Assembly: GCA_009914755.4 (NCBI GenBank)
Contig: CP068257.2
Span: 8,352,001-8,416,000 of the forward strand
Origin: the human T2T-CHM13v2.0 reference genome, Homo sapiens
DNA: 64,000 bases
Reading direction: 5' to 3'
Made by a program: the position numbers and the translations under genes. Every line of letters begins with the position of its first letter. Position 1 is the first letter of the stretch. This document shows positions 1-12,100 of the stretch, one piece after another. The notes beneath the pieces were generated by a model, which saw only the letters and a program-made list of their open reading frames with translations, did no database searches and was not told the DNA's origin.

Positions 1-3000
1 TTCAACCTACTGTGGAAAAGGAAATATCTTGAAATAAAAACTACACGGAAGGCTTCTGAGAATGTTCTTTGTGATGTGTGCATTCATCTCACAGTGTTGA
101 ACCTTTCTTTTGGTAGAGCAGTTTTGAAACACAGTTTTTGAAAAATCTGCAAGAGGATATTTTGAGCGCTTTGATGCCTACTGTGGAAAAGTAAATATTT
201 TCACATAAAAACTACGCAGAGGCATTCTGAGTAACTCCTTTGTGATGTGTGCATTTATCTCACAGAGTTGAACCTTCTTTTTGATTGAGCAGATTTGAAA
301 CACTCTTTCTGTTAATCTTCAAGTGGATATTTTGAGCACTTTGAGGACTATAGTGGAAAAGGAAATATCTTCACATAAAACTACACAGAAGCATTCTGAG
401 AAACTTCTTTGTCATGTGAGCATTCAACACACAGAGTTGAACCTATCTTTTGAAAGAACAGTTTTGAATCGCTCTTTTTGTATAATCTGCAAAAGGATAT
501 TTGAATACCTTGTGGTCTATGGAGGAAAAGGAAATATCTTCAAATAAATACTACACAGAAGCATTCTGAGAAACTACTTTGTGATGTGTGCATTCATCCC
601 ACAGACTTGAAACTATCTTATGATTGAGCAGTTTTGAAACACTCTCTTTGTAGAATCTGAAAGTGGTTACTTGGGGCACTCTGGGTCCTAATGTGGAAAA
701 CGAAATATCTTTACATAAAAACTACACAGAAGGATTCTGAGAAACTACTTTGTGATGTGTGCATTCATTTGACAGAGTTGAACCTTTCTTAAGATTGAGC
801 AGTTTCTAAATACAGTATTTGTAGAATCTGCAAGTGGATATTTGGAGCCCTTTGAGCCCTACTGTGGAAAAACAAATATCTTCACATAAAAAACACAGAG
901 GCATTCTGAGAAACTTCTTTGTGACGTGTGCACTCATCTCACAGTGTTGAAACTTTCTTTTGATTGAGGAGTTTTGAAACACTGTTTTTGTAGAATCTGC
1001 AGGAGGATATTTGGAGCACTTTGAGACCTATTGTGGAGAAGGAAATAATTTCACATAAAAACTACTCTGAAATATTCTGAGAAACTAATTTGTGATGAGT
1101 GCATTCATCACACAGATTTGAAATTTTCTTTTGATTGAGCAGTTTTGAAACACTCTTTTTGTGGAACCTGCAAGTGGATATTTGGAGGGATTTTAGGCCT
1201 ATTTTGGAAAAGGAAGTATCTTCACATAAAAACCACACGGAAGCATTCTGAGAAACTTCTTTGTGATGTGTGCATTCAACTCCAGAGCTGAACCTATCTT
1301 TTGATTGAACAGTTTTAAATTTCACTTTTTTTATTATCTGCAAGTGGACATATGGATCCGTTTGTGGCCTATGGTGCAAAAGAAAATATCTTCAAATAAA
1401 AACTACACAGAAACATCTGAGAAACTTCTTTGTGATGTGTGCATTCATCTCACAGGGTTGAACCTATCTTATCATTGAGCAGTTTTGAAACACTCTTTTT
1501 GTAGAATCTGCAAATGGCTATTTTGAGCCCTTTGTGGTCTATGGAGGAAAATAAAATATCTTCAAATAAAAACTACACAGAAGCATTCTCAGAAACTTCT
1601 AGGTGATGTGTGCATTCATCTCACAGAGTTGAACCTGTCTTTTCACTGAGCAGATTTCAGACACTCTTTTTGTAGAATCAGCAAGTGGATATTTGGTGGG
1701 CTTTGATGCTTTTTGGAAAGGAAATATCTTCACATAAATACTACACAGAAGCTTTCTGAGAAACTTCCTTGTGATATATGCATTCATCTCCCAGAGATAA
1801 AACTTTCTTTTGATTGAGCAGCTTTGAAGCACTCGTTTGTAGAATCTGCAAGTGGATATTTGGAGACCTTTGTGGCTTATGGTGGAAAGAGAAATACCTT
1901 CACATAAAAACTACACAGAAGCATTCTGAGAAACTTCTTTGTGATGTGTGTATTCAACTCACAGCCTTGAACCTATCTCTTGATTGAGCAGTTTTGGATC
2001 TCTCTTTTTCTAAAATCTGCAAGTGGATATTTGGAGCCCTTTGCGGTCCTTGGCGGCAAAGGAAATATCTTCAAATAAAAACTACACAGAAGCACTCTGA
2101 GAAACATCTTGATGATGTGTGCATTCAAATCACAGAGGTGAACTTATCTTATGATTGAGCAGTTTTGAAACACTCTCTTTGTAGAATCTGAAAGTGGATA
2201 CTTGGAGCACTTTGAGTGTTATTGGGGAAAAGGAAATATCTTCAAATAAAAACTAGACAGAAGCATTCTGAGAAACTTCTTTGTGATGTGTGCATTCATC
2301 TCTCACAGTTGAAACTTTCTTTTGATTGAGGAGTTTTGAAACACTCTTTTTGTAGAATCTGCAAGTGGATATTTGGAGCGCTTTGAGGCCTACTTTGGAA
2401 AAGCAATTATCTTTACTTAAAAACTACACAGAAGCATTCTGAGAAAATTTTTTGATGTGTGCGTTCATCTCACACAGTTGAAACATTCTTTTGATTGGGC
2501 AGTTTTGAAACACTCTTTCTGTAGAATCTGCAAGTGGATATTTTGAGCATTTTGAGGCCTATAGTGGAAAATGAAATATCTTCACATAAAAACTACACAG
2601 AATCATTCTGAGAAACATCTTTGTCATGAGAACATTCATCTCACAGAGTTGAACCTATCTTTTCAAAGAGCAGCTTTGAATCTCTCTTTTTGTAGAAACT
2701 GAAAGAAGATATTTGTAGTCCTTTGCAGCATATGGCGGAAAAGGAAATGTCTTCAAATAAATACTACACAGAACCATTCTGAGAAACTTCTTCGTGGTGT
2801 GTGCATTCATCCCACAGACTTGAAATTATCTTATGATTGAGCAGTTTTGAAACACTCTCTTTGTAGAATCTGAAAGTGGATACTTGGAGTGCTGTGGGTC
2901 CTATTGTGGAAAAGGAAATATCTTCACATAAAAACTACACAGAAGGATTCTGAGAAACTACTTTGTGCTGTGTACATTCATCTCACAGAGTTGAACCTTT

Positions 3001-5300
3001 CTTTTGATTGAGCAGTTTTGAAGCACTGTTTTTGTAGAATCTGCAAGTGGATACTTGGAGCGCTTTGAGGCCTACTGTGGAAAAGCAAATATCTTCACAT
3101 AAAAACTACACAGAGGCATTCTGAGAAATTTCTTTGTGATGTGTGCATTCATCTCACAGAGTTGAAATTTCTTTTGATTTAGCAGTTTTAAAACACTGTT
3201 TTTGTGGATCTGAAAGTGGATATTTGGAGCGCTTTGAGGCCTATTGTGGAAAAGGAAATAATTTCACATAAAAACTACTCTGAAACATTCTGAGAAACTA
3301 ATATGTGATGAGTGCATTCATCACACAGAGTTGAACCTTTCTTTTGACTGAGCAGTTTTAAAACACTCTTTTTGTAGAATCTGCAAGTGGATATTTGGAG
3401 GGCTTTGAGGTCTACTTTGGAAAAGGAAATACCTTCACATAAAAACTACACAGGAGCATTCTGAGAAACATCTTTGTGATCTGTGCATTCAACTCTCAGA
3501 GTTGAACCTATCTTTTGATTGAACGGTTTTGAATCTCACTTTTTTTATTATCTGCAAGTGGATATTTGGTGCCCTTTGCGGCGTACAGTGGAAAAGGAAA
3601 TATCTTCAAATAAAAACTCACAGAAGCATTCTGAGAAACTTCTATGTGATGTGTGCCTTAATATCACAGAGTTGAACCTATGTTATTATTGAGAAGTTTG
3701 GAAACACTATTTTTGCAGAATCTGCAAGTGGATATTTGGAGGGCTTTGAGGTCTACTTTGGAAAAGGAAATACCTTCACATAAAAACTACACAGGAGCAT
3801 TCTGAGAAACATCTTTGTGATCTGTGCATTCAACTCTCAGAGTTGAACCTATCTTTTGATTGAACGGTTTTGAATCTCACTTTTTTTATTATCTGCAAGT
3901 GGATATTTGGTGCCCTTTGCAGCATACAGTGGAAAAGGAAATATCTTCAAATAAAAACTCACGGAAGCATTCTGAGAAACTTCTATGTGATGTGTGCCTT
4001 AATATCACAGAGTTGAACCTATGTTATTATTGAGAAGTTTGGAAACACTATTTTTGTAGAATCTGCAAGTGGATATTTGGAGCACTTTGAGGCATATGGT
4101 GTAAAAGGAAATATCTTCACGTAAAAACTACACAGAAGCATTCTGAGAAACTTCCTGGTGATGTGGGCCTTCATCTCCCAGAGTTGAAACTTTCTTTTGA
4201 TTGAGCAGCTTAGAAACACTCTTTTTGTAGAATCTGCAAGTGGATATTTGGAGCCCTTTGTTTCTTATGGTGGTCAAGGAAATATCTTCCCATAGAAACT
4301 ACACAGAATCATTCTGAGAAACTTCATTGTGATGTGTGAATTCATCTCACAGAGTTGAACCTATATTATGGTTTAGCAGTTTTCAAACACTCTCTTAGAA
4401 GAATCTGCAAGTGGAACCATGGAACGATTTGAGGCATATTGTGGAAAAGGAAATATGTTCACATAAAAACTACACAAAAGCCTTCTGAGAAAGTTCTTTG
4501 TGATGTGTGCATTCAACTCACAGAGTCTAATCTGTCTTTTGATTGAGCAGTTTTGAAATACTGTTTTTGTAGAATCTGCAAGTGGATATTTGTTGGGCTT
4601 TGAGGCCTATTTTGGAAAAGGAAATATGCTCACATAAAAACTACACAGAAGCATTCTGAGAAACTTCTTTGTGACGTGTGCATTCAACTCAATGTCTTGA
4701 ACCTATCTTTTGATTGAGCAGTTTTGGATCTCTCTTTTTCTAGGATCTGCAAGTGGATATTTGGAGCCCTTTGCTGTGCATGGAGGCAAAGGAAACATCT
4801 TCAAATAAAAACTACACAGAAGCATTCTGAGAAACTTCTTTGTGATATGTGCATTCAACTCACAGAATTGAACTTATCTTTTGCTTGAGCCGTTTTGAAT
4901 GTCTCCTTTTGTAGAATCTGCAAGTGGATATTTGGAGCCCTTTGCAGCCAATTGAGAAAAAGGAAATATCTTTAAATAAAAACTACACAAAAGCATTCTG
5001 AGAAACTTCTTCGTGGTGTGTACATTCAACTCACAGAGTTGAACCTATCTTTTTATTGAGCAGTTTTGAATTTTGCTTTTTGTAGAATCTGCAAGTGGAT
5101 TTTTGAAGCCCTTTGCAGTCTATGGAGGAAAAGGAAATATCCTGAAATAAATACTACACAGAAGCATTCTGAGAAACTTCTTTGTGATGTGTCCATTCAT
5201 CTTATAGATTTGAACCTATCTTATGATTGAGCAGTTTTGAAACACTCTCTTTGTAGAATCTGCAAGTGGATACTTGGAGGGATTTCAAGCCTGTTGTGGA
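1..5300 (+). repeat. Divergent higher-order periodicity of ~13 monomers (~2.2 kb) within alpha satellite
   Basis: The stretch 540-1330 aligns by eye to 2750-3550 at an offset of ~2215 bp, and 290-480 aligns to 2507-2700, at roughly 90-93% identity. Adjacent monomers are only ~75-85% identical. The marker monomer '...cttatgattgagcagttttgaaacactctctttgtagaatctgaaagtggatacttgg' recurs at ~605, 2140, 2820 and 5200. The copies differ in monomer count, including an extra dimer and extra monomers in the second copy. Confidence 0.6.
3381..4062 (+). repeat. Near-identical (~99%) tandem duplication of an alpha-satellite dimer (2 x 341 bp)
   Basis: The segments 3381-3721 and 3722-4062 are identical except for a handful of substitutions (gcggcgtacagtgg vs gcagcatacagtgg; ctcacagaag vs ctcacggaag; tttttgcagaatc vs tttttgtagaatc). 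The surrounding monomers are far more diverged. Confidence 0.9.
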
Positions 5301-8300
5301 AAAGGAAATATCTTCACATAAAAACTGCACAGAAGCACTCTGAACAACTTCTTTGTGATGTGTGCATTCATCTCACAGAGATGAACCTTTCTTTTGATTG
5401 TGCAGTTTTGAAACACTTTTTTTGTAGAATCTGCTACTGGATGTTTGGAGCCCTTTGCAGCCTATATTGGAAAAGGAAATATCTTCAGATAGAAACTACA
5501 GAGAAACATTCTGAGAAACTTATTTGTGATGTGTGCATTCAACTCACAGAGTTGAACTTTTGTTTTGATTGAGAAGTTTTGAAACACTCTTTTTGTATAA
5601 ACTGCAAGTTGATATTTGGAGCCCTTTGCAGCATATGGTGAAACAGGAAATACCTTCACATAAAAACTACACAGCAGCATTCTGAGAAACTTCTCTGTGA
5701 TGTGTGCATTCATCTAACAGAGTTGAAACTTTCTTTTGTTTGAGCAGTTTTGAAACACTCCTTTTGTATAATCTGCAAGTGGATATTTGGAGCGCACTGA
5801 AGCCTGTTGTAGAAAAGGAAATATCTTCACATAAAAACTACACAGAATCATTCTGAGAAAATACTTTGTGATGTCTGCATTCAACTCAGAGAACTGAATG
5901 GATTTTTTGATTGAACAGTTTTGAAACTCTCTTTTTGTAGGATCTGGAAGTGGGTATGTGGAGCCGATTGTGTCCTATGGTGGAAAAGGAAATATGTTCA
6001 CATAAAACCTACACAGAAGCATTCTGAGAAACTTTGCTGTGATGTGTGCATTCATCTCAAATAGTTGAACATTTCTTTTGATTGAGCAGTTTGGAAACAC
6101 ACATTTTGTAGAATCTTCAAGTAGATATTTAGAGAGCTTTGAGGCCTCCAGTGGAAAAGGAATTATCTTCAATTAAAAACTACCCAGAAGGATTCTGAGA
6201 AACTTCTTTGTGATTTGTGCACTCATCTCACAGAGTTGAACATTTCTTATGATTGTGCAGTTTTGAAACCCTGTTTTTGTAGAATCAGCAAGTAGATATT
6301 TGGAGATATTTGAGGTCTATTGTGGAAAAGGAAATATCTTCACATAAACACTTCACAGAAGCATTCTGATAGACTCTTTTGTGATGCGTGCATTCAACTG
6401 ACAGAGTTGAACCTGTTTTCATTTAGCAGTTTTGAAACTTTCTTTTCGTAGAATCTGGAAGTGGGTATTTGAAGCCGTTTGTGTCCTATGGTGGAAAAGG
6501 AAATAACTTCACGTAAAAACTACACAGAAGCATTCTGAGAAACTTCTTTGTGATGGGTGCATTCTTCTCACAAGGTTGAAACTACGTTTTGATTGAGCAG
6601 TTTTGAATTTCTCTTTTTGTAGAATCTTAAAGGGAACATTTGGAGCCCTTTGCGGCCTATGGTGGAAAAGGAAATATCTTCCCATAAAAACTACACAGAA
6701 GCATTCTGAGAAAATTCTTTGTGATGTGTGCATTCATCTCACGGAGTTGAACCTTTCTTTTGATTGAGCAGATTGAAAAACTCTTTTTGAAGAATCTGCA
6801 AGTGGATATTTGGAGCCCTTTGCGGCCTATGGTGGAAAAGGAAGTATCTTCCCATAAAAACTACACAGAAGCATTCTGAGAAACTACATTGTGATGTGTG
6901 CATTCATCTCACAGAGTTGAGCCTATCTTTTCATTGAGCACTTTTGAATCTGTCCTTTTGTAGGACCTGCAAGTGTATATTTGGCGAACTCTGTGGCCTA
7001 TGGTGGAAAAGGAAATATCTTCCAAAAAAATACATAGAATCATTCTGAGAAAATTCTTTGTGATGTTAGCATTCATCTAACAGAGTTGAACATTTATTTT
7101 TATTGAGCAGTTAGGAAACACTTTTTTTGTAGAATCTGCAAATGGATATTCAGACCGCTTTGAGGCCTTTGGTGGAAAAGGAAATGTGTTCATTTAAAAA
7201 CCACACAGAAGCATTCTGAGAAACTTCTTTGTGATATGAGCATTCAAGTCACGTAGTTGAACAATTCTTTTGACAGAGGAGTTTTCAAACTTTCATTTTG
7301 TAGTATATGCAATTGGATATTTGGAGCACTTTGAGGCCTATTGAGGAAAAGGAAATAACTTTAAATAAAAACTACACAGAATCATTCTGATAAACTTCTT
7401 TGTGCTGTGTATATTCATCTCACAGGGTTGAAACTTTATTTTGATTGAGCAGATTTGAAACACTGGCTTTGTAGTATCTGCAAGTGGATATTTGGAGTGA
7501 TTTGAGGTCTATGGTGTAAAAGGAAATATCTTCACATAAAAACTACACAGAAGCGTTCTGAGAAACTTCTTTGTGATGTGTGCATTCAACTCACAGAGTT
7601 GAACTTATCTTTGGATTGAGCAGTTTTGAAACTTTCCTTTGTAGAATCTGCAAGTGGATATTTGGAGCCCGTTTTGGCTTGTGGTGTAAAAGGAAATATC
7701 TTCACATAAAAACTACACAGAAGCATTCTGAAAAATCTTCTTTGTGACGTGTGAATTCATCTCACAGTGTTGACCCTGTATTTTGATTGAGCAGTTTTAA
7801 ATCACTATTTTTGTAGAATCTGCAAGTGGATATTTGAAGCCGTTTGAGTCCTGTGTTGGACAAGGAAATATCTTCATATAAAAACTACACAGAAGCATTC
7901 TGAGAAACTTCCTTGTGATGTGTGCATTCATCTCACGGAGTTGAACTTTTCTTTTGATTCAGCTGTTTTGAAACACTTTTTTGGAGGATCTGCGAGTGGA
8001 CATTTGCAGCGATTTGAAGCCTATTTTGGAAAAGGAAATATCTTCACATGAAACCTACACAGAAGCATTCTGAAAAACTTTTTTGTGATGTGTGCATTCA
8101 TCTCACAGTGTTGAACCTTTCTTTTGATTGAGTACTTTTGGAACACTCTTTTTGCAGTTTCTGCAAGTGGAGATTTGGAGCGCTTTGAGGCCTATGGTGG
8201 ACAAGAAAATATATTCACATAAAATCTACACAGAAGCATTCTGAGAAACTTCTTTGCGAAGTGTGCATTCATCTTACAGAGTTTAACCTTTCTTTTGATT

Positions 8301-8663
8301 GAGAAATTTTGAAACACTCTTTTTGTAAAATCTGAAAGTGAATATTTGGATTGCTTTAAGTCCTATGGTGGAAAAGGAAATATCTTCACATAAAAACTAC
8401 ACAGAAGCATTCTGAGAAACTTCTTTGTAACATTTTCGTTCAACTCATTGTGGTGAAGATTTCTTTTAATTCAGCAGTTTTGAAACACACTTTTTGTAGA
8501 ATCTGCAAGTGAATATTTGGAGTGCTTTGAGGCCTATTGTGGAAAAGGAAATATCTTCATATAAAAACTACACAGAAGCACTCTGAGAAACTTGTCTGTG
8601 ATGAGTGCACTCAGCTCACAGAGTTGAAGGTATCTTTTGATTGAACAGTTTTGAAACTCTCTT

Positions 8664-9189
8664 ATTTTTTTTTATTTTTTCTCCAGTTTTTTGTTTTGTT
8701 TATTATACTTTAAGTTTTAGAGTACATGGGCACAATATGTAGGTTAGTTACATATGTATACATGGGCCATGCTGGTGTGCTGCACCCATTAATTCATCAT
8801 TTAGCATTAAGTATATCTCCTAATGCTATTCCTGCACCTTCTGCCCACAACACAACAGTCCCCAGAGTGTGATATTCCCCTTGCTGTGTCCATGTTTTCT
8901 CATTGTTCAATTCCCACCTATGAGTGAGAAAATGGGGTTTTTGTTTTTTTGTCCTTGCGATAGTTTACTGAGAATGATGATTTCCAATTTCATCCATGTT
9001 CCTACAAAGGACATGAACTGATCAGTTTTTATGGCTGCATAGTATTCCATGGTGTATATGTGAAACATTTTCTTAATCCAGTCTACCACTGTTGGACATT
9101 TGGATTGCTTCCAAGTCTTTGCTACTGTGAATAGTGCCGCAATAAATATATGTCTGCATGTGTCTTTATAGCAGCATGATTTATAATTT
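8664..9189 (-). mobile_element. L1 (L1PA/L1PB-like) 3'-end fragment, minus strand, 5'-truncated, carrying the ORF2 C-terminus and 3'UTR
   Basis: The reverse complement matches the L1 3' end (...ctgctataaagacacatgcagacatatatttattgcggcactattcacagtagcaaagacttgg...cctaaaacttaaagtataataaa). A poly-T/T-rich tail lies at 8664-8700. The minus-strand ORF at 8907-9203 translates to an L1 ORF2 C-terminal peptide (CCYKDTCRHIFIAALFTVAKTW...KMFHIYTMEYYAAIK). Alpha satellite flanks the fragment on both sides. Confidence 0.93.
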
Positions 9190-12100
9190 TGTAGAATCTG
9201 CAAGTGGATATTTGGAGCCCTTTGCAGCCTACGGTGGAAAAGGAAACATCTTCACACAAAAACTATACAGAAGCATTCTGAGAAACTTCTTTGTGATGTG
9301 TGCATTCATCTAACAGAGTTGAACCTTTGCTTTGATAGAGCAGTTTTGAAAAACTCTTTTTGTAGAAGCTGCAAGTGGATATTTGGAGTGCTTTGAGGCT
9401 TATTGTGGAAAAGGAAATATCTTCACATAAAAACTACACAGAAACATTCTGAGAAACTTATTTCAGATGTGTGCATTCCTCTCACAGAGTTGAACCATTC
9501 TTTTAATTGAGCAGTTTTGAAACCATCTTTTTGTAGAATCTGCAAGTGGATACTTGGAATGCTTTGAGGCCTATAGTGGCAAAGGAAATATCTTCACATA
9601 GAAACTACACAGTAGAATTCTGTGAAACTTCTTTGTGATGTGTGCATTCAACTCACAGATTAGAAACTTTCTTTTGATTGACCAGTTTGGAAACATTCTT
9701 TTTGTGGAAACTGCAAGTGGATATGTGGAGCCTTTTGCGGCCTAAGGTGGAAAAGGAAATATCTTCACATAAAAACTACACAGAAGCATTCTGACAAACT
9801 ATCTTGTCATGTGTGCATTCATCTGACAGAGTTGAAACTTTCTTTTGATTGAGCAGTTTTGCAAAACTCTTTTGTAGAATCTTCAAGTGGATCTTTGGAG
9901 AGCTTTGAGACCTATTGTGGAAAAGAAAATATCTTCACATAAAACTACACAGAAAGAGTCTGAGATACTTTTTGCAAAGTGTACATTCATTTCACCTTTC
10001 TTTTGATTGTGCAGTTTGGAAATACACTTTTAGTGCAATCTGCAAGCGGATATTTGCAGTGCTATGAGGCATATTGAGGAAAAGGAAATATCTTCCCATA
10101 AAAAAAATACCCAAAAGCATTCTGAGAAACTTATTTGTGATGTGTGCATTCACCTCACGGAGTTGACCCTATCTTTCGATAAGCAGTTTTGAAACTCTTT
10201 TTTTGGAATCTGCAGGTGGATATTTGGAGCGCTTTGAGGTCTATGGTATAAAAGGAAATATCTTCACATAAAAACCACACAGAAGCATTCAAAGAAACTT
10301 CTTTGTGATGTGTGCATTCAACTCACAGATTTGAACATATCTTTTTATTGAGGAGCTTTGAAAATCTCTTTCTGTAGAATCTGCAAGTGGATATTTAGAG
10401 CCCCTTGCTGCCTGTAGTGGAAAAAGAAATATCTTCACATAAAAACTACACGGAAGCATTCTGACAAAACCTCTTGGTGATGTGTGCATTCATCTCACAG
10501 AGTTCAACATTTCTTTTGATTGACCTGTTTAGAGACACAATTTATGTAGAACCTGCAAGTGGATATTTGGAGCCTTTTGAGTCCTGTGTTGGAAAAGGAA
10601 ATATCTTCACAGAAAAACTACACAGAAGCATTCTGAGAAAGTTCTGTGTGATTGTGCATTCATCTCACGGAGTTGAACCTTTCTTTTGATTGAGCAGTTT
10701 TGAAACACTCTTTTTTGTAGGAGCTGCAAGTGGATATTTGGAGTGCTTTGAGACCTATCATGGAAAAGGAAATATATTCACATGAAAACAACACAGAAAC
10801 ATTCTGACAGACTTCTTTGCGATGTGTGCTTTCATCTCACAGAGTTGAACTTTTCTTTTTATTGAGCAGTTTTCAAAAACTGTTTTTGTAGTATCTCTAA
10901 TTGGACATTGGGAGCGCATTGAGGACTATGGTGGAAAAGGATACATCTTCACATAAAATCTACACAGAAGCATTCTGAGAAATTTCTTTCTGATGTGTGC
11001 ATTCAAATCACAGATTTGAATCTATCTTTTGATTGCACTGTTTTCAAACTCTCTTTTTGTAGAATCTGCAAGTGGATATTTGGAGCCATTTGTGGCCTCT
11101 GGTGGAAAAGGAAATATCTTCACATAAAAACTACACAGAAACATTCTGAGAAACTTCATTTTCATGTGTGCATTCATCTCAGAGAGTTGAACTTTTCTTT
11201 TCACCAAGCAGCTTTGAAACAGTCTTTTTGTAGAATCTGCAAGCGGATATTTGGAGCCCCTTGAGGCCTACTGTGGAAAAGAAAATATCTTCACATAAAA
11301 ACAACACAGATGCATTCTGAGAAACTTCTTTGCAATGTGTGCATTCATCTCACAGAGATCAACTTTCTTTTGGTTGAGCAATTTTGAAACACACTTTTTG
11401 TAGAATCTGCAAGTAGATACTTGGAGTATGTTGAAAAGGAAATATGGTGGAAAAGGAAATATCTTCACATAAAGCTACACAGAAGCATTCTGAGAAACTT
11501 CTTTGTGACATGGTCGTTCAACACACTGTGGTGAACATTTCTTTTGATTGAGCAGTTTTGAAACCCACTATTTGTAGAATCTGCAAGTGGATATTTTTAG
11601 TGCTTAGAGACCTATTGTGGAAAAGGAAATGTCTTCACATAAAAACTACACAGAAGCATTCTGAGAAACTTCTTTGTGATTTGTGCATTCATCTCACAGA
11701 CTTGTAAATTTCATTGAGCAGTTTGGAAACACTCTTTTAGTAAAATCTACAAGTGGATACTTGGAGTGCTTTGAGGCCTATTGTAGAAATGGAAATATCT
11801 TCACATAAAAACTACACAGAAGCATTCTGAGAAACTTCTTTGAGATGTGTGCATTGAACTCAGAGTTGTACCTATCTTTTGATAGAAGAGTTTTTAAACT
11901 TTATGTAGAATCTGCAAGTGAATATTTGGAGCACTTTGTGGCCTATGGTGTAAAAGGAAATACCTTCACATAAAAACTACACAGAAGCTTTCTGAGAAAC
12001 TTCTTTGTGATGTGTGCATTCGTCTCAAAGAGACGAACCTTTAATTCGATTGAGCAGTTTTGAAACACTCTTTTTGTAGAATCTGCAAGTGAATATTTGG

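Larger units (their letters stand above)
1..8663 (+). repeat. Alpha satellite, ~171-bp monomers in consensus orientation, A-type/pJalpha-bearing, divergent (monomeric or dHOR-like)
   Basis: The canonical monomer appears tandemly every ~171 bp: ...gcattctgagaaacttctttgtgatgtgtgcattca.ctcacagagttgaac..cttttgattgagcagttttgaaacactctttttgtagaatctgcaagtggatatttgg.... Neighbouring monomers differ by about 10-25%. The box position reads cctatggtggaaaaggaaatatc, which is the reverse complement of the pJalpha motif TTCCTTTTCCACCATAG. I saw no CENP-B box (TTCGTTGGAAACGGGA). Confidence 0.97.
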
